A stretch of DNA of 64,000 nt from Tubiluchus corallicola (taxonomy: Eukaryota > Animalia > Priapulida), in contig JAQGDQ010000075.1 of NCBI GenBank assembly GCA_030141605.1, forward strand, positions 186,001 through 250,000. Direction: 5' to 3'. Every line of letters begins with the position of its first letter. Positions within the stretch are counted from its first letter, which is position 1. The notes beneath the pieces were generated by a model that saw only the letters and a list, made by a program, of their open reading frames with translations, searched no databases and had not been told where the DNA came from. This document shows positions 13,321-24,559 of the stretch, one piece after another. The translations under genes and the position numbers were made by a program.

Positions 13321-15001
13321 ATAGCTAATAACTAGATCATTATCTTTGGATAGGTAAGGAAAATTTTAAAAATAAGATGGCCGTACGTATTCAAAAATGA
13401 AGATTTATATACTAGACCGAGAGAAATTAATTCCTTGGAGTTCATAAGTGAAGCTCCAAAGATTAAGATGCCAGCTTCACAGATTATCAAGTGAAACACC
13501 AGTAAGAATTGCTTGAATGGAAGCAGTGGCTTGCAAACCAAAAACTTGAATAGCTAAGATAAATAAATATGTCCAACAACTTCACCAAATGTAGATTTAG
13601 GAACAGAAAAACTTACTCTGTTAGCGGCAGATTGGTGTGGGTGGAATGGTGTAATAAATGGGAATACCTCAGTGTCTACAACAGATGGAATGAGACTTTA
13701 AAGAAGAAGAAGAGATAGTCTGTGTCCTTTTTTGAGTACTACATTTGCTGGTTTCTCCAGTTTATTTCATATTAATCGTATTTGTTAATAATTAGTAAAA
13801 TTAAACATCCAAATTGTTCGCTGGTAATTTTACGCAGTAATTTGTGTGGTAATTTTTGCACAGATTCTTTGCAAACCGAGCCTGATTTAGCATTCAGGAC
13901 ATGAGATGGGCATAATTTAGACCTAGCTCGTTTTAACTACCTAGTGGCGTTAAGGATAATCCTGCAAGATAAAACACTGAATCAGCAGAGATGTCTTCGC
14001 TATGCATATTCGGATGCACATACATTCTCCCTCTGTAAGCTAGATTCAGTGACAGAGCAGCATGGACTAAAGTGATTGCAAGAGTCATGTCAGGGGATGT
14101 GTGACTCCAGAAATGAATGAACGAATGAGTCGATGGCAGAAAAGTACTGTGCTAATGTCATTATTAATCGATTTACGAACTAATAATTTACGAGCTCAGC
14201 TGAGGAAGATTAAACTTCTCTTACTAAACCTTAATGTATGTTCTGTAGCTGCTCAGCTAATACCATTCTACAAATTCATCATTAAACAAAAACTCCTGGA
14301 AAATTACAAATGCCTGGAGCAACATGTGACATGTATACATCACAAATGATCCTGACTGCTCACAATTTAAGTTCCTGAAAACAACGGACTTCGTTAAAAC
14401 CAAAATATAAAATGTGTATCTTGTGTACCTTGCGTTATACTGTGTAGTGGTATAATGCTGAAACATGTATGGACAGCGTTGCTGCTTTCAATTTTGTTCT
14501 ATAGTTGGTTAACTGTGATATATGAACTTCCTGCAGCCTGGCATATTCTTCTACGTCATTAATCATTAAGGGCAGCTCTAAGAGATGACTGAGCTTTTAC
14601 ATGTAGATTACAAAATATTGTGACAGTTATTCACTAGTCTGAGAAAGATTATGTTCTAATTTAAGTACATGTATTAATAAATAGCTCATCTTTATCGTCG
14701 GTGTGGGCAATGGAGGTTTGCCAAGGATTCTTTACAAACAACCACTGCATGAAAAGTTAATATGCAAGCAGATTAGGTACTACATAGGTATGTGGCACAA
14801 AAAAACTAGAAAATATTAGGATGTTTTTTTTGTTTACAGATCTTTTGCAAATTGGTTCAAATGGGATTTCTGAGTGTAGTTATGGCAGATGCAATTTGTT
14901 TTATAGTGTAGTTATCGTGTACTACAGTGGTTGTAATAAATGCAGTGGAGTTATATATTATATGGTTCTCAAATTGATCAAAGAAGCATTCGTTTTTAAA
15001 C

Positions 15002-16864
15002 ATGGCTCAGCCTGCTCAGCGTGAAGCAGATGCTATGATAAACAATGTTCTTCGCGAAATAGCAGATGGCTGTGCAAAAGAAGGAGAACGTGTTCCAGAA
15101 GGATTACCAGTACTGGTACTACGAGTGACTACAATTGATCCAGATCATGAGTTTGCAAACAAAACACTCTCAAGACAAGAAGCAAAGGATTTGGTGAATG
15201 TTTGCATAAGCAAGATCTTGGATAAAACTTCGATCTCAATGAGTACTATGAAAATGCAGGCTTTGTTCGACCACAAGTACAAAACCAGACACCAGCTTCA
15301 CATGAAACAAAAAGAGTCATTTGAGAGCAAACTTCAGCCACTAATTCGTGAAATTACAGACACAAGAGCTCATGACAAAGAAGAGTTTGAGGACTTGTAC
15401 AGGATGATATGCTCTTGCATTCTAGTTCGTTCTGGTCTGGGTAGTCCTACTGATCTTAATGTGGTGAGGGAAGTTTCAGCTGCTCTGCACAGTGTTTTCC
15501 CTCCAAGTGAACTGGGTACCTTCTGTGCACTCCGACTGCCAGACAAGGAAAGACATCTACGGGATTTTACAAAAATTGTCATGGGAATTCGTTTGTATAA
15601 TCGTGCAAACGGCAAAGGTGGGTTTGAAATTGAAGAACTGCCAGATACAGTACAACAGGAGACTTCTCTTACACAAGCAGCCATCTCTGAAGAGTTGAAA
15701 GTGTGTGCAGAAACAATTTGTTTGTACACTAAGGTTATACAAAGATTTGACACTCATGGTGGAAACCTGAACAGAAACCAGGTTCGTTCAGCTTTGTACA
15801 ATATAAGACAGTTTGAAACTTACCTTGTCATACTGCAAGCAGACATTATTGAAACACAAAAACAAATTACAGAGGTGGTGAAAAGATACAAGTCCAACAT
15901 GGAATTGTTGCAGAACGTTGTACAAGGTAGAACTACCATTCCGACTGAGCAGGTTTATCCCTTATTCATAGAACTCGGAGAAGGATGGATAGGACTCCAG
16001 ACTGAAGAAATTATTGTTGGAAAGTACAATGGTATTCTTGCTACTTTGAAAGGGCAAACTCAGAACTTACCTTCAATTCATGAACAGGTGTTGGAGTACA
16101 TGAAAAAAGGACCAAGTATCATAGAAATTGAAAGACCAGCAAGACCACCAGAAGAACGCATCAACCCACAAGTTTATCCACACATTAAATTTCTCCTTCC
16201 AGAATACATTAAAGATTTTGATAAGTTTCCAACAGAGTACAATGGATTCTGTGGATGGACAATTGCAAATCGCGATGGACTGCTGTTGCCGGGAGTTGCA
16301 GGAATAGGCGTGCTAGAGTACAAAAAGTCAATTTACAAGTTTATTTCTGTACAAGCAGCCATAGAATTCGGCAGTGCTCCTCAAGAGCACATAGACCGGA
16401 TTGGTGAGCTTGTGCGAAGAAACCCAGAGCTAATATTGTTGCTTAAACTGTACGATCAATTTGAAAATATGTTTCCTACAATTAAAGAAGAAGATAAGCT
16501 AGTTCGTGAACTGGTAACAATGACTGACAGTGATACACAAACAGATGTGCATATTCTTGAATCGTATATTGATCGGGATTACCAGTGGAATGAATGGGAG
16601 TTACGTCGAAAAGCAATCATGCTCACAAACTTGAGAGGAAAAGAGACACACTCTGCACAAACATCATTGAGCCATCTAAGGCGAGAGAACTGCTCTCAAG
16701 TATACTTGCCGAAGACAAGCGAGACACAGACTAAAGAAGATAGTGCGTCTGCTGTCCCAAAACCTCAGACCTTTATCGCTGGCCTCCGTGGTAAAGGCAC
16801 CGGCATCAAGACAACTGCTACAAAAGTAGATTTGACTGTAAACGTAACAGAGAAGTTCGCCTAA
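15002..16864 (+). CDS. CFAP206: Cilia- and flagella-associated protein 206 (C6orf165/FAP206); CDS on a single exon
   Basis: Uninterrupted 620-aa ORF, about the length of vertebrate CFAP206. Recognisable motifs: N-terminal INNVLREIADGC..GE, MKMQALFD, VREVSAALHSVFP, IVMGIRLYN, EYNGFCGWT..RDGLLLPG, QTDVHILESYIDRDYQWNEWELRRKAI, THSAQT..SHLRREN.SQVYLPK. Confidence 0.95.
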   Translation: MAQPAQREADAMINNVLREIADGCAKEGERVPEGLPVLVLRVTTIDPDHEFANKTLSRQEAKDLVNVCISKILDKTSISMSTMKMQALFDHKYKTRHQLHMKQKESFESKLQPLIREITDTRAHDKEEFEDLYRMICSCILVRSGLGSPTDLNVVREVSAALHSVFPPSELGTFCALRLPDKERHLRDFTKIVMGIRLYNRANGKGGFEIEELPDTVQQETSLTQAAISEELKVCAETICLYTKVIQRFDTHGGNLNRNQVRSALYNIRQFETYLVILQADIIETQKQITEVVKRYKSNMELLQNVVQGRTTIPTEQVYPLFIELGEGWIGLQTEEIIVGKYNGILATLKGQTQNLPSIHEQVLEYMKKGPSIIEIERPARPPEERINPQVYPHIKFLLPEYIKDFDKFPTEYNGFCGWTIANRDGLLLPGVAGIGVLEYKKSIYKFISVQAAIEFGSAPQEHIDRIGELVRRNPELILLLKLYDQFENMFPTIKEEDKLVRELVTMTDSDTQTDVHILESYIDRDYQWNEWELRRKAIMLTNLRGKETHSAQTSLSHLRRENCSQVYLPKTSETQTKEDSASAVPKPQTFIAGLRGKGTGIKTTATKVDLTVNVTEKFA

Positions 16865-18571
16865 CTTGTTATGCTTTTAAAAGTTGCTGAGAAAGTTATG
16901 AATTTTCTGACAACTGGCCTCATTTGGTGCAGTCTGTTTAAAATTTCTTTAAAGTGACATATTTGTGTACTGCAACAAAGTTGCCTTTTAAATGCTACAT
17001 TAGCACATTATAAAGTGTAAAGTGCAACTGGGTTATACCTGATGAACAAAGTTTTACCATTTGTGTTAACTGACAGGTGAAAATGCATGAGAATGACAGT
17101 AAATCGTCAAAATGAATTTTGCTTATATGCATAGGTTAAGCACAATAAACTATATAGCCTAATATGGCAAGAAACTGCCTAGAAAACATACATAGCAAAC
17201 AAAGTTTACAAGTTAACAAAAATGCTAAAGAAGTTGTTTTGAAATCACAGTTAATTTAATGTGTAAGTTCATTAAAATAGATTTGAATAAAAACTATTAT
17301 CAACTTGTAGTATGTTAAAAACAGCACTAGTGCCACACTCCCATTTTATATAAAATACTGTGCAAGACTAACATAGTATAAAGATATGTATGTTAAAAAT
17401 TCATTATTATTAACAATGAAAGCCCTCTAAATGATATTGCTGTGAGTACAAAACTGGAATTTGTACAGTGTTGGTAATCTCACTTTTATAAATTGGTCAT
17501 TTTCAGTGAAATTACTCATTAACTTGTCGAGTCATGCTAGCTGCATACATAAGTTATAATACTACTGTTGTCATAATAAGTATATAAATATAATGCTTGG
17601 GCCAAATATAATACTTGAAGTAGACTTACATTAACATTTTAGCTCAGCTCCTATCTGTTTAATTAAAAGTGAAATTTGAACTCCTATGACACAAACCGTG
17701 TGCATGCTATTACATCAGTGTAAGTACCTTATTGTTCTCATACTTGTACATTTCTATACTGCTAATATGTGTATTGCTGAAATGAAAAGACTACCAAGGA
17801 GACTCATAATTGAAGCCTCTTAAAAATCAGACACACTTGTAAACACAAACAAAGAAGATCAGCAATATTTTTACTACTTGTCCAAATAAAGAGTGAATGT
17901 AAATAGCGCACTAGCAAACAGTAGTTCACACAATAAAGTCATGCAGTGCAAAACTGTAGCGTTATTAACAGAAAAACAAAGGTGCGTAATATAAAATATC
18001 GCTTTCATTTGTGTAACAACTTTCATTTACATTAGTGCACAACAACTTTGTTTTCTCAAGGCCTTAGTGTAACTACTAAATGTGCACATATTTAGCGATT
18101 GTTTCAAATCCGTTATATCTTATTGTATCTTAGTGGTTATTTTATGGAGCCTATACACAATAGGTTAATGAATTTTAACATTTTCAGTTTGTATCGGAGA
18201 TGTTGTTGTGGTTTTTTATGACAAAAAATCTAACGTCATAGAAAATATTCATTTCTAGTAAATGAGCTTATGAAAAAACAAAACAAAATAAAGCTTTCAC
18301 AGACATGCATTGCAGTACATACAATTGTAACAAACTCACGGTAAAACAGTCAAGCATTGCCTAAAGAATTTAATTCATAATAACTATTGCGATCTTAAAT
18401 AATTTTGTCTATCACAGGTGCAAACATGAATTAAAGGTAATAAAATTACAGAACGATACTGTATTTTTAATACTCAGAAGCTCATCCTGTCTTGACACGG
18501 CAGGACTATCATTTATGAGAAAAAGAAAATTTTTCTACGAATGTGTGTTAGTTTTGCTCAGGCATTAGTGC

Positions 18572-21500
18572 TTAGTGTTGGCACTCTCCAAGATTCCGTA
18601 AAGGACCTTCCCAGTGTTTACCTGCAAATATGTTGGCATGACTACTCAGTTCAATTTCATGATTTCAAGAATGGGGAATTCACAAAAACAAACAAGCAAC
18701 AAACAGTGATATGGTATCCACAACCGCAGAAGCAGCAGTTAGTGTGGAGAGTGACTAAATTATTAACATGCACAGTATCTTCTTCAAAGCTTGAACAATT
18801 TATACAAAGGCAAATTTGCTTGGACAAACCAAGCTGCTCAGAAAGGAACAGGTCAGCATTCATGTTTCAGTGGAAAAGAAAATTATTCAGGCTTTCTATT
18901 TTATTCGGTCAGGTGGAGTTATCATTCCAAACCAGCAAGACAAGCTGACAAGTTATTTGATACAATAGTGAACATCATTGATCATGAATATCAAAGCCAA
19001 CTGAGATTAGGCACAAGTCCTACCTAAAAACCAAGCTAACAACTCAAATCTGTCACTGCCAAAGAACAGGTGATCCTTGCCATCTTTTTGTACAATGAAC
19101 GTCGGCACACCAAATGCCTGCAAAAAATAATCTATTTTGGAATCGTGTGTAACTGAAAATTCTTTCTACAGTTTACAGTAAGAATTATACCGGGATTATA
19201 CATCTTACTGGGATAATCACTGAGTATAAAAATTATTTTTTGCCAACTATTACAGCTACTGAAACTACAATAAATCTTGTCTTTCTTCTAGTTGAACACA
19301 CATGCACCTAGAAGTGTCGCATAAAAGCAGACCGACATCTCTCGCGGGTTAAGCATGCGTCACACACATTTTAAGTCTCACATGTGCATCAAATTTCAGT
19401 TCTCATGCGTCGTGCAATTTCAAACTCAAGTTTGCAAATAACTTGACTTCCTTTGCCATCAGTGCCAACTGTGACACAATTACACAATAATACAGTAGCG
19501 TCATGAGTCTCATGATGCATGTTAACTAAAGGGTACATATTCAATTATTGAAAACTAAGCACATATGGGTGCCACTGAGCTTTTTTTTATTTGTAAAAAA
19601 GAACATTATACAAAAGTCCAATAACAGCATAAGAAAGCTCGGTAGTGCCCAAAAATTACCTTAAGGTTGTATTTTCTTTCGGCTTAATTTTTTGATAATT
19701 TGATTTTTATAACCAAAAATTTGTATGTGGGGCATAACTTGCTACCCTTGGACTCCTCTGGGGCGAGACGACCCCCCGGGCTTCTCAGTTTTTCGCATTC
19801 ATTTTTACGGCAAACGACTGGCAGGTATGATTTATCTTTGGAACCTGTCTGTTCTTTGTGGAGGTAACTTCTCCTGGGAGGGAAATCTGGGGCATGGAGT
19901 GTACTAAAATGCAGAGGGTAAACATGTGAGAAAAAAGAAAGCATTATTTTGTATTAGCTATTGTATGACTCGGAGCAGTAAGCAGATGCCGATCAGTGAA
20001 AAGTTAAAGCTGTACGAAACAAACTAAAAAATTTTAAATGTCTTAAATGGTTTAACTTACGCCACATTTTGCAGCCTCCTCAGTTGTGACTTTCAGTTTT
20101 TCTTTAATGGGCTGTTGAGTATACTGTGACAGTACATTTTTAGTTAGAGGCTCTGGCAAGTTTGATGCCAGTGCAGCTTGTTCCAGACTTTCTGCTTGTG
20201 TTATATCTTGGTCCTAGAAATTTGCAAACACTTTCAAATGACTTTTGCTAGCAAAAATGTAGAGTAATACCCAGACTGAGTATACAACATAAATGCTTTA
20301 TGATCACACGTGTTCCTATGTGTACAGTGTACAGACAATGTCAACATACAATTGACCAAATATGAAATATTTATTTGATACATTAAGAAGAGTTTGGAAC
20401 ACAACTGATAAAGCGTGGTTCTTTAGGTAGACAACAGGCCACACTGCAACTTCAATTTTCTCTTAGAGAACTTTATTAATAAGAGAAAAAAGTATACATA
20501 AATACGGGTCGACTGGTATACCAGACCGTATTGGAACTGCCGCTAGTATTTTCGTCAATACTGGAAATGTGATGGTAATGAAATGAGGATTGGAATTGAC
20601 ATCTAACATAATTTCAATCATTTTCATTGACTGCCCAATCAGCGTGCAAGTTATTTCGCACACCTGCAGAGCCTAATTAACACAGGTACGTTTAGGACAC
20701 TTAGTTACAGTTCCGTCTAAGACTGTTGTGAAAACTGCTCAACTTTTGATTAGTTAGCAGGTGACATGTTGGCCTGGTTCTAGATTTTATTATTGTCAAT
20801 TGAAATTGCAAGTGAGCTAGTGGAAATATATAGTCTAGTTTCGTTTATAGGAAGAAATGCACAACGCTTACGTCTATGAGTTGCTGATTAAACCATTTTG
20901 CAGTCAAGAAAATATGCAGTTAGTTTGGTTTATGGCTTTGCAAGTTAGATAAAAACAACTATTTGATGAACTTTAAATAAGGACAAAACAAAATGTTTTC
21001 TTTTCTGGTCATTCATAAACCTCAATGAGATCTTCACAGTCAAAATTAATTCAAATGTGGTCAAAACCGATATTATACATCAATGTAGTATTAGCTATTT
21101 CATGCTATTTTTCTGGTTATAACCATGGTTAAAAGATGCCATTGGGACTTATGTAACTCGGGCATTCAATATAAGGGTCGTCTGTGAACTGAATAAATCT
21201 TGCAGATGAACACATGATCAGTTAATATAGAAAAAATACATCGCAGGCATGTATGAAGTTCGTATGTTCAAAGGCAAGAAAGACATAATATTTTTGTTGC
21301 TCATTTATTGTAAAGCAAGGCTAACTGGCTTAGTTTCTTTTTTATACTTATGTCTCTGTATTTTGTAGTGCTTTGAAACTTCATTCTGTTTAAATTGAAA
21401 AGTCATTTTTTGGCTACTTGAAGTGTTAATTTAGTTTAAAAATAGCTGCTGCTCTGCAAATTTATGTTTATGAAAAAGTGCAGTTTATCTGCTGATTAGG

Positions 21501-24423
21501 CATTAGTTGTGACTGTCACCCTGTTTAGTTTAGTTTAGTTAAGACAGTTGGTGTTCAGCCTGAGGTGTTGTCCCAAAAGCCGCTGAGCGTGCTTATGTTA
21601 CAGCGGAGGCGGAGCGATAGACCAATATGTTTAACGTCAATTACTGCGACATAATGAATTGCCTAGTTGAGTGTCTACATAACAAGTTGCTGGCGCTTAG
21701 CAGCATAGTATTACTGTGCGACGTATGGCTTCACCAAGTTGTAGCTTATTCCTCTTCATTCATAGTACCCAGGTAAATAATACTTAAAGTTAATAGACAA
21801 CTACTATTCTTGGCCTAATAACATTAATAAGTGCTTCACTAAATTTTTTATATTGATTAGTTGATTTATGAAGCAAATTAAGGACCTGAAAAAATTGAAC
21901 AGGCTTACTATTCATAGCCCAGTAATCAATTTGATTCTCTGCAATGTGCTAAACGATATAACTTGAGATAACTTCCTAATTTTGATGGACCTCAGCCAGA
22001 CATTTACACAGCACAGGTTACGTGAAAAGAGCTTTCCCAACTGATTTAAGCAGTCCATGCATGGAGTCAGTCTCAAGGTCATTTGCTGGCTGTCACTGTT
22101 TGCTATATCAGAACAAATTTGCAAATAATTGTTTTGCTTTTGCTGGAGTGGACGTATAAAATATAAATGCACACTGTACAAGCAAGTAACAGAACAGTCA
22201 TAATGATACTATGCACTGGGAAAAACAAAAACTCTCTTTTGGTGACTAACCATACACAGACCAACACAGTACTGCTTTAAGTAATTTCTTTTGTGCATTT
22301 GACACTCACAAGCAGGGTTGCTCTCATCTGCCACATAAACCCATCCCACACAGTAGATTGAATGTTTAACTAATAACGTTTACTTAAAACAAATATTGTA
22401 CACATGTTGCAGGACGTTGTAAAAACATCACATAGTGAAAGGGCATGTGAATTATATTGTTTGGCACAGTGCCAACAGTGCAGTACAGTAAAATATGCAG
22501 TACTGTATCAGCAACAAGTCCAAATGCCATATGCCGTATACAGTATTACTATACATAAATATAGATAATGGTCAATCATGTTAGCAACTTAGTGTGTACC
22601 AAACTCCATATACGTTTCCACAGCTCCCTGGAGACAGTTTCAGTTAATAAAGGATTTGCCAAATCAACAGCTGTGAGAAAACGTTGGGCCTGCAGAGTTC
22701 CTGTCTCTACAAGTGTTTTATGAAAATCCTAAAAAAAATTAAATTCAGTAGCATTAGCAGTGAAATAATGAAAATGTTTAAAGCAGTAACAGCAAAATAA
22801 CGACATTATATACAACATGCTATATTGCATTATATACCACACGCTATGAGTAATGCTCTTACAAGCTCATGATTAAAAGAGCTAGTTGTAAGTTAGAATC
22901 TAAAATAAACCTTTCTCCCAATGCCAAAATTAAAGGAAATCCCGGGATTGTGATTTGAGACCATTACTACTGACTTTGTGTTTGTCGTCAAATTATTTAA
23001 CATGGTATACATCTCGCAAAATTTCGGAAATGCAGGCTAAACACAGCTTCTAGAAACACATTTCTTAATAGGTGTGGCAGTATGCCAAAGTTATGCTACA
23101 GATTAAGCAATGATATAGTGACACAGCACTCAACAGAAATTATACAACTTACAGCTGGCTGCTTAACAGGCACTCCTGTGAATAATCCCATTCTCTCAAC
23201 ATCAATGGGAATGTATTTCGCTTTGCTTGGCAATAGTGCAGGACCTGTATTGCCTATAGAAAACGACTACAAAAATTACTTTAGTGATCTCAGATACTCA
23301 CCAACTACACAAAATACCCACTAATTACCAATTCTTATTTGGTTTGCTAATGGGGGTGCTAAATTTGTATCTTAAACTGACTTAATTTAGAAATACCAAT
23401 ATGTAGTTAGCAATTATAGTTTTCCTGTGATGCCTTTTATCTGGTTTAATATAAAATTTAATAATGCTAGTAAAAACCAAAGCAAATTATAAATGTCTCA
23501 AATGCCAAAATTTTCAAAAAAATGTATGGCTTCAGTATATTATTGTCAGCTTTTTGTCCCCAATCCTACAACAAAAAATGCAAAAATCTATCTTGCTTAT
23601 AATTAAAAGGTTTTCTAATGTCAAACATTGTTTGATAGACATCAGCACACTGCTTCTAAAAATTTTTTTTGGTAAGATTGCACAGGAAGAATGCAATCTT
23701 ATACAGTGCGCATAACTCAGCTATGGCAACGATGACTTATGCTAAAGTAAGCAGGAAGACTAACAGGATACCATGCCAATGCAAATAGAATGTGGATGTT
23801 TTGTAGTTTCTTCAAATGTTGAAAACAATAATTAATCAAATAAGCACTAACCAGTTTCTCGAAGAAGTCCACCTAAAAAAACTGGACACAATTTAATGTC
23901 CAAATTCCAACGTTGTCTATATCTCATCATTATCTGAAAAGAACAATATTCTAAAAAATCTTTTTTTGTTTAATTGCCACATGTTCTGTATCAAAGTCCA
24001 GAAAAAGATTACACGCAAACGAAAAGGACTAAACCATTTATTCTTTGTAAACCATCACTGCAGTACAGCTTTCACGTTTGTCTTCTATTGATGGCAATTT
24101 AAAACAAATGTAAGAGCACTATATATTACATGGCCAATAGCAGTAAGTACAGACCAATTTTCCTAATTTCACAACGCACTATTACTGAACAGAATTAAAT
24201 AAAAGTAATAAATTTAATCAATCCAGGCTTTTAATTCTAACCTTCAATTACGTGTTACATTAGGTACAAGTTCGCTTACAAAGTTTTACTATTTGGCTTA
24301 AATAAATTAATAAACTATAAATAATAGTTACATATTACATACCTCAAGGGCAATCCATGAGTAGGGAGAAATTACATCATAGAAAAATTTAAGTTTATTT
24401 ACTGAATGTACGATGGTGGACAT
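18572..24423 (-). CDS. GSTK1: Glutathione S-transferase kappa, paralogue A (229 aa; C-terminus ...NLGECQH, no PTS1)
   Basis: Exons 24423-24343, 23933-23852, 23253-23153, 22728-22600, 20213-20061, 19117-19024 and 18621-18572 are all GT-AG and in phase. Motifs FFYDVISPYSW (catalytic Ser), [41 protein letters not shown]. Confidence 0.93.
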
Positions 24424-24559
24424 AATCTCTTCTTTCTTGCTGCTTGACCATGGAACTTGTTCAACTTGTAATAAGGCTACAAAATCCATTTGAAATTCAA
24501 CATCAAGGTACACTTTTTGGGTAAATTAACAAGTGCAATAATTTATTTTTAGATAAATT

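Noticed and set aside
13990-14110. Weak THAP-like peptide (MSSLCIFGC...RAAWTKVIAR)
   Set aside because: It contains stops and lacks the CxxHF signature, so it cannot be supported.
15370-15757. Short overlapping or antisense ORFs within CFAP206, and similar ones within ELYS exons and the LINE ORF
   Set aside because: Shadow ORFs of real coding sequence with no independent evidence.
18548-18574. Stop-codon readthrough restoring a PTS1 on GSTK-A
   Set aside because: The in-frame extension after TAA reads ALMPEQN*, which is not a PTS1, and the TAA-G context is poor for readthrough.
24424-24513. In-frame N-terminal extension of GSTK-A (MDFVALLQVEQVPWSSSKKEEI) as a targeting peptide
   Set aside because: It is acidic and unlike a mitochondrial presequence. 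The upstream ATG sits just 5' of a good acceptor (TTTTGTAG), so it is probably intronic. Not excluded without 5' RACE.
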